This document shows positions 25,179-35,359 of a stretch of DNA of 64,000 nt, piece after piece. The DNA lies in assembly GCA_045863235.1 (NCBI GenBank), contig BTUM01000001.1, forward strand, positions 192,001 to 256,000, given 5' to 3'. The position numbers were made by a program, and so were the translations under genes. How positions within the stretch are numbered: the stretch's first letter is position 1; every line of letters begins with the position of its first letter. The stretch comes from Candidatus Xenobia bacterium (GTDB taxonomy: Bacteria; Vulcanimicrobiota; Xenobia; Xenobiales; QWHO01). The notes under the pieces were generated by a model. It made no database searches. It was not told where the DNA came from and was given only the letters and a program-made list of their open reading frames with translations.

Positions 25179-25630
25179 GAGCGGCGTTTGACCGCCACGC
25201 CGCCCAGCACTACGCGTTGCTCGTCTTCCTGCACCGCCCTGGTCGAGCCGGTTTCGAGCCCCGTGGCCACCCGCACCGCGTCCAGCTCGTTCTCGAGCGT
25301 CTCGCGGCGGGCCTCGCGTCGCTGGCTCAGGGAATCCGAGAGGGCCCTGGTCACCATGACCACCGGGATGGCCACCACCGGAGCGAGCAAGGCCGTCACG
25401 CCGCCGATCAGGAGCCAGGGGGACGGGTGGATGAGGTTTGCCCCCATCAACAGTGCGCCCACCCCCAGAGCCTTCAAGTAATGCTTCTGCACGACCGGCA
25501 GGACCTGGCTCAGGCCCGATTCGGCCCGGCCGGGACGGCGGGAGAGCTCGACTTCGTCGCGTAGCTCTTCAGCGCGCTCGACCGAGCGCGCGGGGGGAGT
25601 GACAGCACAGGCCAGTGGACGGATCTGCAT
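25175..25630 (-). CDS. Membrane protein with C-terminal VVLGGVAVKRR motif
   Basis: Two hydrophobic segments; start ATG 25630 after TATCCT-N7. Confidence 0.75.
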   Translation of the reverse strand: MQIRPLACAVTPPARSVERAEELRDEVELSRRPGRAESGLSQVLPVVQKHYLKALGVGALLMGANLIHPSPWLLIGGVTALLAPVVAIPVVMVTRALSDSLSQRREARRETLENELDAVRVATGLETGSTRAVQEDEQRVVLGGVAVKRRS

Positions 25631-25665
25631 GCTTGAGAGGATAAACCCGAGAGCTGAAACAGACC

Positions 25666-25920
25666 TCAAGAACGCGGCGGAAGCCCCTTTTTCTTGCGCA
25701 GGGCATTGATCTCGTCCAGCAATTCAGCCCGCTGCTCCTTGAGCCTCTTGACACGGGCGTGCCGCTCTTCGATGACCGGCAGGACGGCCTCGAGCTCCTT
25801 CAGCTGGCTCTCGAGTTGAACGACTTGCTGGCGCGTCTGCTCAATCTCTTGCTCTACCCGGGGGCTGGCGCAGCCCGGGCCAAGTACGAGCAGCAGCAAC
25901 AGGAGAGTCGCTTCTCTCAT
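25666..25920 (-). CDS. Small coiled-coil lipoprotein
   Basis: Hydrophobic leader, GPGC lipobox-like site, heptads. Confidence 0.7.
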   Translation of the reverse strand: MREATLLLLLLVLGPGCASPRVEQEIEQTRQQVVQLESQLKELEAVLPVIEERHARVKRLKEQRAELLDEINALRKKKGLPPRS

Positions 25921-26159
25921 TTGCCCGCCTTCAGGTCCTCGAGCTCTTGCTGGAGGATGACGAGCTCGCGCTCGAGCGCCTGCAACTCCTCGGTCAGGCG
26001 GGGCAGGTCCTGGATCTCTCGCTTGGACGCCTCGATGGTTTTCTCCAGGAAAGCGACCTGTTGCGTGAGCTGAGCCAGCTCCTTCTGCTGCTCGCTCGTC
26101 CCGGAGCAGCCGAAAGTCGTGACCGACAACAGGAGCAGAAAGGCAAGAATCCCCCGCAT
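25917..26159 (-). CDS. Small coiled-coil lipoprotein
   Basis: Hydrophobic leader, TFGC, heptads. Confidence 0.7.
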   Translation of the reverse strand: MRGILAFLLLLSVTTFGCSGTSEQQKELAQLTQQVAFLEKTIEASKREIQDLPRLTEELQALERELVILQQELEDLKAGK

Positions 26160-26198
26160 GAGCCCGGGAGTTCGCCAGATCCGCGCCTCAGCCCTGGT

Positions 26199-27533
26199 TC
26201 AACGCGCCCGGGCCGAACCCGCCCCGAGCCGCTCCAGCAGCCCCGCCAGGGCCTCAGGCTCGCGAGGCTCGAGGTTGTAGCGCACCCGTACCGAGGGCCG
26301 CTCGAGCTTGAGCACCGCACCCAGGTCGATGGGCGTACCTACCACGACCACCTCGGCCGGCGAGGCCAGAATGGTCTGGCGCAGCTCCTCGCGCTGGGCC
26401 GGGCTGTAGCCCATGGCCGGCAGCACCTGGCCGAGATTGGGCCAGGCCTGGTAGACGGGCTTGAGCGATCCCACCGCATAGGGACGCGGATCGAGTATCT
26501 CGCTGGCACCGCCCGCTCGAGCTGCCAGCCAGCCCGCCCCGAAGGCCATCTCTCCGTGGGTCAGGGTGGGCCCATCCTCCACCACCAGCACGCGTTTGCC
26601 GCGCACCGCTTCGGGCTCGTCCAGGCGCGGGGGCGAGGCGGCCTCCACCACGGTGGCGGCCGGGTTCACCCGCGCGATGGCCTCCCGCACGCTGGCCAGC
26701 TGCTCCGGGGTGGCCGTGTCCACCTTGTTGACGATGACCGCGTGGCAGCGGCGCAGGTTGACCTCGCCCGGGTAGTAGCCGGTTTCGTGACCGGCCCGAA
26801 GCGGGTCGACCAGGGTGATGTGCAGGTCGCTCACCAGGAAGGGCAGGTCGTTGTTGCCGCCGTCCCACAAGATCACGTCCGCCTCGCGCTCGGCTGCCTC
26901 CAGGATGCGGGCGTAGTCCACCCCGGCGAAGACCAGGTGGCCCTCCTCCAGGTGGGGAGCGTATTCTTCACGCTCTTCCAGGGTGCAACCGTGGCGATCC
27001 AGGTCGGTCGCTTGCTCGAAACGCTGCACGGCCTGAGCGGCCAGGTCGCCGTAGGGCATCGGGTGGCGCAGGATGGCAACTTTCCTGCCGCGAGAGCGCA
27101 GGGCCGAGGCCAGATAGCGGGTGGTCTGGCTCTTGCCCACCCCGGTGCGCACCGCGCACACTGCCAGCACCGGCTTTGCTGAGCGCAGCATGGTGCGCTC
27201 GGGCCCGAGCAGGGTGAAGTCGGCCCCTGCCGCCAGGGCCCGACTGGCCCGCCCCATCACGTAGGGGTAGCTCACGTCCGAGTAGGCGAACACGACCTCC
27301 TCGACCTTGAGCCTGGCGATAACCGACTCCAACTCTTCCTCGGGGAAGATGTCGATGCCCTGAGGATAGAGCTTGCCGGCCAGCTCGGCCGGGTAGCGCC
27401 GGCCGGCGATGTCGGGGATCTGGGTGGCCGTGAAGGCCACCACCTCGAACTCGCTCTTGTCGCGGTAGGCGACGTTGAAGTTGTGGAAGTCGCGCCCTGC
27501 GGCGCCCATGATGAGAATGCGTCGATAAGCCAT
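26199..27533 (-). CDS. Cyclic 2,3-diphosphoglycerate synthase-like P-loop protein (COG2403)
   Basis: IMGAAGRDFHNFN, AVRTGVGKS, RHPMPYG, DGGNND, VEDGPTLTHG. Confidence 0.88.
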   Translation of the reverse strand: MAYRRILIMGAAGRDFHNFNVAYRDKSEFEVVAFTATQIPDIAGRRYPAELAGKLYPQGIDIFPEEELESVIARLKVEEVVFAYSDVSYPYVMGRASRALAAGADFTLLGPERTMLRSAKPVLAVCAVRTGVGKSQTTRYLASALRSRGRKVAILRHPMPYGDLAAQAVQRFEQATDLDRHGCTLEEREEYAPHLEEGHLVFAGVDYARILEAAEREADVILWDGGNNDLPFLVSDLHITLVDPLRAGHETGYYPGEVNLRRCHAVIVNKVDTATPEQLASVREAIARVNPAATVVEAASPPRLDEPEAVRGKRVLVVEDGPTLTHGEMAFGAGWLAARAGGASEILDPRPYAVGSLKPVYQAWPNLGQVLPAMGYSPAQREELRQTILASPAEVVVVGTPIDLGAVLKLERPSVRVRYNLEPREPEALAGLLERLGAGSARAR

Positions 27534-27576
27534 GCCCCTATTGTAACCCCGAGAACCGGAAAGCGGATGATCGAGA

Positions 27577-27936
27577 TCAGCGCCAGGGATTGTGCTTGGG
27601 GATCAGGTAGCCGCCCCAGAGCTCGGCGCTCGTCAGAGGGCCCTCCATCTCGCCGGCTTTCATGTCCAGGCGCGCATCCTGCAGCATGCCGGTCGAGCTA
27701 TGACCGCGCTGGGGCACGGACGCCTCGGAAGCCTCCTCGACCAGAGGGGGAAGCTGGCCCGAGCCTCGCTGCATCTCGAAGTTGATGTGGGCGAGCAGGA
27801 TGCGTGCCTGGAGGTCGCGGGTCAACTCCTCGTCCCCCCGGGGCTTGAAGCCATCTTGCTCGGACTCAGACGGGGAGCCGCTCGAGCGCAGGGGGGCGGA
27901 GAAGCCGGGCTGGCCGGGGGACAGGGGCGCGATCAT
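27577..27936 (-). CDS. Hypothetical protein
   Basis: ATG preceded by TGCTAAAGT-N6. Confidence 0.65.
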   Translation of the reverse strand: MIAPLSPGQPGFSAPLRSSGSPSESEQDGFKPRGDEELTRDLQARILLAHINFEMQRGSGQLPPLVEEASEASVPQRGHSSTGMLQDARLDMKAGEMEGPLTSAELWGGYLIPKHNPWR

Positions 27937-27982
27937 AGACCTACTTTAGCAGAGATTTTTCAGCCGTCCAGGGCATGCTGTC

Positions 27983-29260
27983 ATGGCCATGCAAATCGGA
28001 CCCCACCTGCGCCTGCCCCCTACCGCCGCGATTTCGAGCGAGGAAGCTCGAATCGCCCTGTTCGGCAACAAAGACCGGGTCGAGCCCGACCGCTGCTGGG
28101 ACCTGGATACGCCCGAGCTGGGCATCAAGTGTATCGGTCGAGACGGCCTGTTGCCTTACGGACAGGGCACCCTGACGCGGGTCAACTTGAGCACCGGAGA
28201 GCGCGACTGGGAGCGCCAGACGCAAGAAGAGCCGGGCCTCGCTGTCACTGCCGACGGCGGGGTCACCGTGGTCGCCTTCCGCGACGGCGAGGTGAGGGGG
28301 ATCGGTCCCGACGGTCAGGACTGCTGGAACTTCCAGGTTTCCCAACCGGTGTTCAACATGGTGCCGGGAGGCGGCGAGGTCACCACCCTGACGCTGGAAA
28401 AGCAGCCCGACCACCAGGTCTTCCACGTCGCCCTGGCGCCGGGGACGGGCGAGGTGCTGTGGCGCCAGCCGGGAGCCAACTACGAGCTGCCCATTCCGGT
28501 CGGCAACGGCCTCAAGTTACTCAAAGCCAGCAACGACCTGCTCTGCGTCGATCCGGGCACGGGCCAGGTGCGCGACCGCCAGCGCTTTCGTGGTTACGGC
28601 CGCGACCTGATCGGCCAGGGCGACCAGGTCTGGTTCCTGGACGCCCAGGAGGTGCGCCAGGTGCGGGTGCAGGACGGCAAGCTGCAGGAGGGCTGGAGCC
28701 AGCCGGTGGAGGCGGCCCTGTGCACCCTCAAGGCCCCGCAAGACTTTTCGGTGCTTTACGTGAGCGCCAAAGACAAGATCCTCGGGCTCGACCCGGCCAC
28801 CGGTCGCGAGCTCTGGCAGCAGCCCGTGGAAGGCGAGCATCACCAGTATTCGGTTATGGTGACCGAGCAGGGCGACCTGGTGGTCAGCGGGCGGAGCAAG
28901 GTCACCTGCATCAGCCCCCGGGGCGAGCGGCGTTGGGATGCCTCCCACGAGGGCCTGACCAGCCTGAAGGTCACCCCGCGCGGCCTGATGGCCCTGACCG
29001 ATCCTGCATCCCCCGGCCCTTACCGGCTGGCCCAGCTGCACCCGGACACCGGCCAGGCCATCCTGTGGGCCGAGGTGCCCCGCGGCCGCAGCACCCCCTG
29101 GCTCGACCAGGAGGGGCGCGTGCTGGTCACCCACTCCAACCGGGCCGAGCTGCTGCAGCTGCCCGACCCCGCCACGGTCAGGACCACCGGCCAGGTGATG
29201 CTGGAGACCTCCGATTCGGTGCGGGTGGGCGGCGTGGTGGTGCGCAAGCGAGGCGAGTAG
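27983..29260 (+). CDS. PQQ-like beta-propeller protein with C-terminal VRVGGVVVRKR motif
   Basis: Repeated (L)D..TG...W blades. Confidence 0.8.
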   Translation: MAMQIGPHLRLPPTAAISSEEARIALFGNKDRVEPDRCWDLDTPELGIKCIGRDGLLPYGQGTLTRVNLSTGERDWERQTQEEPGLAVTADGGVTVVAFRDGEVRGIGPDGQDCWNFQVSQPVFNMVPGGGEVTTLTLEKQPDHQVFHVALAPGTGEVLWRQPGANYELPIPVGNGLKLLKASNDLLCVDPGTGQVRDRQRFRGYGRDLIGQGDQVWFLDAQEVRQVRVQDGKLQEGWSQPVEAALCTLKAPQDFSVLYVSAKDKILGLDPATGRELWQQPVEGEHHQYSVMVTEQGDLVVSGRSKVTCISPRGERRWDASHEGLTSLKVTPRGLMALTDPASPGPYRLAQLHPDTGQAILWAEVPRGRSTPWLDQEGRVLVTHSNRAELLQLPDPATVRTTGQVMLETSDSVRVGGVVVRKRGE

Positions 29261-29261
29261 C

Positions 29262-29708
29262 GTGGGCCCGCGAACCTGGCCCATCGACGCGCGGCTGGCC
29301 ATTGTCTCCCGGCCACGCCAGCGAGAGGACGTGGCGGAGATGGGGGTACGTACTCTGGTTTGCTTACTCACTCGGGAGGAGCGCGAGGAGCTTGGCCTTC
29401 TCTCGGAGCGGTCCTGGTGCGAGTCGGCCGGGATCGGCTATCTCGAGCTTCCGATTGCGGATCGTGGACTCCCCTCACGGCAGGCATTGCTGGAGCTGGC
29501 CGGACAGATCCTGGCTCGGGAAGCCCCGGTGGGGATCCACTGTCGGGCCGGCATCGGCCGCTCCGCCGTGGTGGCCGCGGCGGTGCTCATCCTGGAGGGG
29601 GTTGCGCCACGCCGGGCCCTGGAGCTGATCGAGCAGGCTCGCGGCTGCTCGGTGCCCGACACCGACGAGCAGCGAGACCTGGTGTTGAGCCTGCGTCCTC
29701 CCGGCTGA
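29262..29708 (+). CDS. Protein-tyrosine/dual-specificity phosphatase
   Basis: HCRAGIGRS, PIAD, PDT.EQ. Confidence 0.9.
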   Translation: MGPRTWPIDARLAIVSRPRQREDVAEMGVRTLVCLLTREEREELGLLSERSWCESAGIGYLELPIADRGLPSRQALLELAGQILAREAPVGIHCRAGIGRSAVVAAAVLILEGVAPRRALELIEQARGCSVPDTDEQRDLVLSLRPPG

Positions 29709-30199
29709 TGGAGGATCGACTTTTCGTCGAGCTTGAGCTCCCCCACCACGGCTGGATGCGTCTGACTCTGCGCCAGGGGAGCAACGAGTTCAGCGAGCAT
29801 GCCTCCTGCGTCGGGCAGGATTTCCCCTGCCAGCTGGTCGAGGCACTGATCCGCTTGCTTGCGCTTGGCCCGCCGCAAGTGGCCTGGATGTTTCTGGAGC
29901 CTGTCTGGCTCGGTCTTCATTTCCACTCGGAAGGCCTGACTGTCTGCACACACAGCGACCAGTGGCACCAGCCGCCCACGATCCCTGAAGCGGGCGAGCT
30001 ACTGTTTCAGGTTACCGGGTCTCCAGCCCGCGTAGCGCGGCGCTTTTACCTGGCTCTCACGCGTCTTGGGGCGAAAGCCCGAGAGCAGCCGCACACCTGG
30101 ATGCAGCACTGGGATACACCCTTCCCTGAAAAGAGGCTCGTTCAGCTTCACAGTAGCCTTCGCGGCCCTTTCAACGCCCCTGATAAGGCAGAGTCTTGA
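29708..30199 (+). CDS. Hypothetical protein
   Basis: ATG 29708 overlapping upstream TGA. Confidence 0.65.
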   Translation: MEDRLFVELELPHHGWMRLTLRQGSNEFSEHASCVGQDFPCQLVEALIRLLALGPPQVAWMFLEPVWLGLHFHSEGLTVCTHSDQWHQPPTIPEAGELLFQVTGSPARVARRFYLALTRLGAKAREQPHTWMQHWDTPFPEKRLVQLHSSLRGPFNAPDKAES

Positions 30200-31475
30200 C
30201 CTTCTCCCCCTCGGGCAGGGTGGCTTCCGGCAGAGCCACCAGCACGTCCCCCTCGCTCACCCCCTCCAGCACCTCCAACTCGGTCTCGCCGCGCATGCCC
30301 AGCTTCACCTTCTGCCAGCGCAAGACATCCCCCACCACTTTGAGCACCGCGTAGCTGCCATCGGCGTGCTGCAGCACCGTGTAGCGGGGCACGGTCAGGG
30401 CCTTCTCCTGGCGGGCGATCAAGAAGCGTGCCCGCAGCCGATAGCCCGCCCCCAGGTGGCCGGCCGGCTCGGTGAAGCGCAAGATGACGTTCACGCGCTG
30501 CTGCTCCACTCCCAGCGAAGAGAGCTTGGTGAATCCGGCCGGCTCGATGTGGTCCACCTTGCCGCGCAGGCTCTTTCCGGGCGCACTTTCCAGCTCGACC
30601 AGGGTACCGCTCTTGAGGCGCAGGGAGTCCTCGGTCAACACCTCCGAGACCGCCTCCAGGTCTTTGAGGTTGCCCAGCAAGAGCAGCTGGGTGCCGCCGC
30701 TCAGCTGGGCCGGGCCCTGCTCGTTGCGCTCGAGCACCACGCCGTCGATGGGCGAGACCACCTGCTGCTGGCCGCTCTCGTGGCGGGCTTTCTCCAGCTC
30801 GGCCCGGGCGCCGGCCACCTCGGCCGCCAGGGCGGGGGCATCCTGAGTCCGTCGCGAGAGGGTCTCTTCCTCCACTCGGATGGCCTGAGCGGCCGTGTCC
30901 AGCTCGCGCCGGGCCTGGGCCAGGCGGGCCTGGACCTGACGTACCGACTGCTCGGCCGTGCTCGCCTCCAGCCGGGTTCGCTCGGCGTCCTGGCTCGAGA
31001 TCCAGCCCTGCTCGAAGAGCTGCTGGTTGCGCCGGGCCTCGCGCCGGGCCTGCTCGGCCCGCGAGCGCAGCGAGGCCAGCTCGGCCTCGATACTGGCCAG
31101 CCCCTGGCGCTGAGAGGCCAGCCGGGCGCGGGCCTGCTCCAGGCTGGCCTGCTCCACCCCCACGTCCTGTCCGGCGGCCAGTCGCGCCTCGGCCTGGCGC
31201 AGGCGAGCCATCGCCTGCTCCACGTCGGCCTGTCCGGGAATGCGGTCGAAGCTCACCAGCACCTGTCCCCGTCGCACGCGGTCGCCGGGCTCGAGATCGA
31301 TGCGCCCGATGCGACCGCCGAGCGGCATGCGCACCGGATAGGTGCGACCCAGCCGAGTGCGGGCCTCTTCTGCAAACGACTCCACCAGCTCGCCGCGCCG
31401 CGGCGAGAGCACCTCCACCTCGCGGGGCGGGGCGCAGGCCACCAGGAGCAAGAGCAACCACACAAAGCGTCTCAT
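30171..31475 (-). CDS. Efflux periplasmic adaptor (HlyD/RND MFP) lipoprotein
   Basis: LVAC lipobox, coiled coil, SPIDGVV, GVEQQRV; start ATG 31475. Confidence 0.88.
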   Translation of the reverse strand: MRRFVWLLLLLVACAPPREVEVLSPRRGELVESFAEEARTRLGRTYPVRMPLGGRIGRIDLEPGDRVRRGQVLVSFDRIPGQADVEQAMARLRQAEARLAAGQDVGVEQASLEQARARLASQRQGLASIEAELASLRSRAEQARREARRNQQLFEQGWISSQDAERTRLEASTAEQSVRQVQARLAQARRELDTAAQAIRVEEETLSRRTQDAPALAAEVAGARAELEKARHESGQQQVVSPIDGVVLERNEQGPAQLSGGTQLLLLGNLKDLEAVSEVLTEDSLRLKSGTLVELESAPGKSLRGKVDHIEPAGFTKLSSLGVEQQRVNVILRFTEPAGHLGAGYRLRARFLIARQEKALTVPRYTVLQHADGSYAVLKVVGDVLRWQKVKLGMRGETELEVLEGVSEGDVLVALPEATLPEGEKVKTLPYQGR

Positions 31476-33856
31476 TCGCGCGTCTTGAAGACCTCCAGCC
31501 AGCGGGTTCGGGCCAGCACACCGTAGACCACCAGCATGGCCAGGCTGATGAACACCATCATGAGCAGGCCCGAGCGGATCAACACGTGGGGCTCGATCAG
31601 CTCGGGCAGGCGAAAGAGCTCGGTGGAGTAGAGGTTCACCACCGAGCGGGTGAAGACCACCCCGCCCCAGATGCCAAAAAGCACTCCGAGCGTGTTGATC
31701 AGGTAGCTCTCGCCGGCGAAGATCCCCATGATCTCGGTCTTGGTGTAGCCCAGCACGCGGAAGGTTCCGATCTCGCGCTCGCGCTCGGCCAACGAGACCA
31801 GGGCGGTGTTGAGCACGCCGCCGAAAGCCAGACCCCCGGTGAACAGCACCAGAATGCCGAAGAAGACGCCCAGGTTGCGACCGATGGTGTCCTGCAGGAG
31901 GGTCAGGGCGCGCACCCGGCGTTCGGCGCCCAGCACGTAGGGGCGCCGGTTCAGCTCCTGCAACAGGGAAGCGCCCGGGTCGCGGTGATAGGTGGAGAGC
32001 AGCACCGAGTTGGCCACCCACTCCTCGCCCAGCAGGCGGCTGAGGTACTCGATGCGGGCGTAGGCCGCCAGGCCCACGTAGGTATCGGCCAGTGCGGCCA
32101 CGGGAGCCTCCACCTCCTGGCGGCGACCGATCAGGGGTCGCATCCGCACGCGATCACCGGGCTGAACGTGCAGCACCTCGGCCAGTTTGCGCGAGAGCAC
32201 CAGGCCTTCTTCGGGCAGGGGCACCTCCTCTCCCCGGCTGTCCACCGGTCGGTAGAGCACGTGCCCGGCCGTCATCCCCGTGACCCCGACACGTTTTTCG
32301 TAGGGCCCGTTGGAGAGCGTGCAGCTGACCCCCAGCTGGGGCTCGACTCGGGCCACCTGGGGCAGGCTGACGATCTCTTGCAGAATGCCCCGGCCGGCCG
32401 GCTCGCGCAGGCCCACGCTCACGTCCTGGCGCGAGGAGATGGAGAACTCGTGCGCGATCATGGCATCCACCGCCCGCAGCATGCAAAGCGACTCCACCAT
32501 CAGCGCGGTGGCCACGAAGGTGGTGGCGAAGGTGACCAGCGAGCGGTACGGGTTGCGCAGCACAGCCCGCAAGATCAGCTTGATCGAGAAGGGAAAGTGT
32601 TTCCAGATTCCGGGGATCAGCCACTCGAGGAAGACCCGGCCGCCCCGCTCGGGAGGCGGGGGACGCATGGCCGAGGCGGGGGCCAGGCTGGAGGCCGTCC
32701 AGGCCTCGCGCAGCGTGCCCAGCAGCGGGGCCAGTACTCCGGCCAGGGCGCTCTTGAGCATCACCTGCGGGTAGGGATGAGGGGTCAGGCCGGGCAGCTC
32801 ATAGAAGTTGCGGTACATCCCGATCATGGCCCCCTGAATCCAGTAGCCGAACGAAAGCCCGACGATCACGGTGGCCATCCCCACCGCCAGCGCATAGCCG
32901 AGATAGTGCCCCATGACCTGCCAGCGGCTGTAGCCCAGAGCTCGAACGGTTCCGATGAAGGTCCTCTGCGAAGCCACGATGCGCCCCAGCACCACGTGCA
33001 GCACGAAGGCCACCACCGCCAGGCAGATGACCGGCAGGATGGTGGCGCTGCGCTGCAGCTCCTGCAGCTCGTTCTCCAGGAACTGTACCGAGGGGGCGTC
33101 GCTCATGGGGATGGAGATCACCACCCCGTAAGGGTCGAGCCTGTCCTCCAGCAGGCTCAGGGTGGCCTTGAGAGGGGCTTTGCGCGGGTCGTGCACCCGG
33201 CCCAGGATCTCGTTGCAGGCGCCGTCCAGGTCGGCCCACTGCTGCAGGGCCCGGTGGGGCAGAAAGATCACCGCCGTGCGCGAGGGGTCGGGCACGATGC
33301 CCCCGGCCGGGGGCAACACGTAGACGAACTCGGGAGCCATGACCGTGCCGGCGACCACCAGCTCGTGCTGCTCGCCCATGATCACGGCTCGGAAGCGGTC
33401 GCCGGGGCGCAGCTTGTGGGCCCGGGCGAAGGCGTCGTTGATCAGGGCCTGACGACCGGAGGAGTCCTCGAACCAGCCTCCTTTCACCAGGAAGACGTCG
33501 TTGAAGACCGGCCGTGGGGGCGAGGGCAGCGAGATGGCGGTGGCCTGCACCGGCTCGTCCACGCCGGTCAACTCCAGTCGGGCCGGAATGCGGACTCTCC
33601 CCTCGACGGCCGCCACCGGCTCGAGCCGGGCCAGCTCGGACAGCACCTGCTCGGGGGCGCGCTTGAGGCTGATCGAGAAGTCCGCCAGCCGATAGTCTGA
33701 GTAGAACCGATTGCGGGCCACCTCCAGGTCGCGGTAGACCGAGTCGAAGCCCACGAAGGACGCGACCCCCAGCGCTCCGATGAGCACCAGGGCCGCCAGC
33801 GAGCCGAGCCGGCCGCGCAGGTCACGCAGGAGCTTGAGGGTCAGGGGGCTTACCAC
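31472..33856 (-). CDS. FtsX/MacB-like ABC permease
   Basis: KLLRDL, IGTVRALGY, EREREIGTFRVLG, 8 TM. Confidence 0.9.
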   Translation of the reverse strand: MVSPLTLKLLRDLRGRLGSLAALVLIGALGVASFVGFDSVYRDLEVARNRFYSDYRLADFSISLKRAPEQVLSELARLEPVAAVEGRVRIPARLELTGVDEPVQATAISLPSPPRPVFNDVFLVKGGWFEDSSGRQALINDAFARAHKLRPGDRFRAVIMGEQHELVVAGTVMAPEFVYVLPPAGGIVPDPSRTAVIFLPHRALQQWADLDGACNEILGRVHDPRKAPLKATLSLLEDRLDPYGVVISIPMSDAPSVQFLENELQELQRSATILPVICLAVVAFVLHVVLGRIVASQRTFIGTVRALGYSRWQVMGHYLGYALAVGMATVIVGLSFGYWIQGAMIGMYRNFYELPGLTPHPYPQVMLKSALAGVLAPLLGTLREAWTASSLAPASAMRPPPPERGGRVFLEWLIPGIWKHFPFSIKLILRAVLRNPYRSLVTFATTFVATALMVESLCMLRAVDAMIAHEFSISSRQDVSVGLREPAGRGILQEIVSLPQVARVEPQLGVSCTLSNGPYEKRVGVTGMTAGHVLYRPVDSRGEEVPLPEEGLVLSRKLAEVLHVQPGDRVRMRPLIGRRQEVEAPVAALADTYVGLAAYARIEYLSRLLGEEWVANSVLLSTYHRDPGASLLQELNRRPYVLGAERRVRALTLLQDTIGRNLGVFFGILVLFTGGLAFGGVLNTALVSLAEREREIGTFRVLGYTKTEIMGIFAGESYLINTLGVLFGIWGGVVFTRSVVNLYSTELFRLPELIEPHVLIRSGLLMMVFISLAMLVVYGVLARTRWLEVFKTRE

Positions 33857-34551
33857 TCGATCTCCTCGGGCGGAATGGGCACGGCGTTCTCGGTCAGGCT
33901 CACGATGCGGCCATCGCGGAGGCTGGCCGCGCGGTGGCCCATGCGGGCCACGGGCTGGCTGTGAGTGATGATGATGACGGTCATGTTGAGCTTGCGGTTG
34001 ACATCCCACAGAAGCCGCAGCACCGCCCGGCCGGTCGTGGAATCGAGGTTGCCGGTGGGCTCGTCGCACAAGAGCAGGCGCGGGTTGGAGGCCAGGGCTC
34101 GAGCGATGGCTACCCGCTGCTGCTCGCCACCGCTGAGCTGGGAGGGGAAGTGCTCGGCGCGCTTGTCCAGGCCGACCATTCGCAGAGCCTGGAGAGGATC
34201 CATCGGATCGCGGGCGATCTGGGTGGCCACCTGCACGTTCTCCAGGGCCGTCAGCGTGGGCACCAGGTTGAAGAACTGGAACACGAAGCCCACGTTGTGG
34301 CGCCGAAAGCTGGTCAGCTGCGAGTCGGAGGCTCGGGTCAGGTCCTGATCCTGGAAGCGAATGCTGCCTCCTGAAGGTCGGTCCATCCCGCCCAGCAGGT
34401 TGAGTAGCGTGCTCTTTCCCGAGCCGGACGGCCCCAGGATGACCAGGAACTCCCCTTCGCGGACTTCCAGATCGGCGTCCTGCAGGGCGGGAACCTGCAC
34501 CTCCCCCATCTGGTAGACCTTGCTCACGTTCTTTACCTCGAGCAGAGCCAT
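33850..34551 (-). CDS. ABC ATP-binding protein (LolD/MacB type)
   Basis: GPSGSGKST, LSGGEQQR, DEPTGNLD. Confidence 0.95.
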   Translation of the reverse strand: MALLEVKNVSKVYQMGEVQVPALQDADLEVREGEFLVILGPSGSGKSTLLNLLGGMDRPSGGSIRFQDQDLTRASDSQLTSFRRHNVGFVFQFFNLVPTLTALENVQVATQIARDPMDPLQALRMVGLDKRAEHFPSQLSGGEQQRVAIARALASNPRLLLCDEPTGNLDSTTGRAVLRLLWDVNRKLNMTVIIITHSQPVARMGHRAASLRDGRIVSLTENAVPIPPEEIEW

Positions 34552-34651
34552 CAGGGCGCCTTTGTGCCTGGCGAGGGGCCTTCCTTCAAAGCTGGGCACG
34601 CGCGAGCGCGACCCGTGTTCACCGCGTCAGGTCAGCGCGCGCCGAGCAGTC

Positions 34652-35359
34652 TCACGGGAAGGACTTGGAGTCCTGAATGGGCAGGGTGCGCAGGTAGAAC
34701 ACCAGGGCTTGCATCTCGACGGCGTCCAGCGGACGCTCCCACCAGGCAGCCTCAGGCCGGGCCTGCAGGCCGGTGTGGGCCAGGCCTTTAGTGATGACCT
34801 CCATGATGCGAGTATCGCTGAAGTCGCGCAGCATCCCCGAGGCGAGGTTGGCGGCCTTGGCCTGCACATGCTGCATGAAGGGCCCGTCGCCGTGCCCTTC
34901 GGGGCCGTGACAGGCCAGACAGCGCAAGCCGTAGAGCACCCGCCCCCGGTCGAGCACGTCTTGAATGTTGAACGCACGGGCGCTGGCCTTGCGGTCGGGG
35001 TTGCGCAGCTCGCGCAGGTAGGCCACCAGATCGGTCATCTGGGCCGTCGAGAGGGTCAGTCCCCAGGCCGGCATGTAGCCGGTGCTGTGGGTCTTGCCGC
35101 CGGAGCGGATCAGATCGGCGAGCTGGGCGTCGGTGTGCCGGTCCTGGAACTGGGGATCGGACAGATCCATGGGACGAACCCCCGAGTCGCTGACCAGACG
35201 AGCGGCCATGGGGCCATCGCCCTGGCCGTCGAAGCCGTGGCAGCCGGCGCAGTAAGCCGAGTAGAGCGGCAGCCCGCGGTCGGGGTTGCCACCCGAGAGC
35301 TGGGGATTGGCCCACGTCGGGGACGCGAGCAGGAGAGCCAGAATCAGAAGTTTCTTCAT
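34652..35359 (-). CDS. Diheme c-type cytochrome
   Basis: Signal peptide, CAGCH and CLACH. Confidence 0.9.
   Translation of the reverse strand: MKKLLILALLLASPTWANPQLSGGNPDRGLPLYSAYCAGCHGFDGQGDGPMAARLVSDSGVRPMDLSDPQFQDRHTDAQLADLIRSGGKTHSTGYMPAWGLTLSTAQMTDLVAYLRELRNPDRKASARAFNIQDVLDRGRVLYGLRCLACHGPEGHGDGPFMQHVQAKAANLASGMLRDFSDTRIMEVITKGLAHTGLQARPEAAWWERPLDAVEMQALVFYLRTLPIQDSKSFP

Noticed and set aside
27592..29628. 678-aa plus-strand ORF
   Set aside because: Arg/Pro/Gly-rich off-frame shadow of the beta-propeller gene in GC-rich DNA
31586..33700. 704-aa plus-strand ORF (and similar ones at 30066, 37874, 52542, 59113)
   Set aside because: Antisense shadows of well-supported genes
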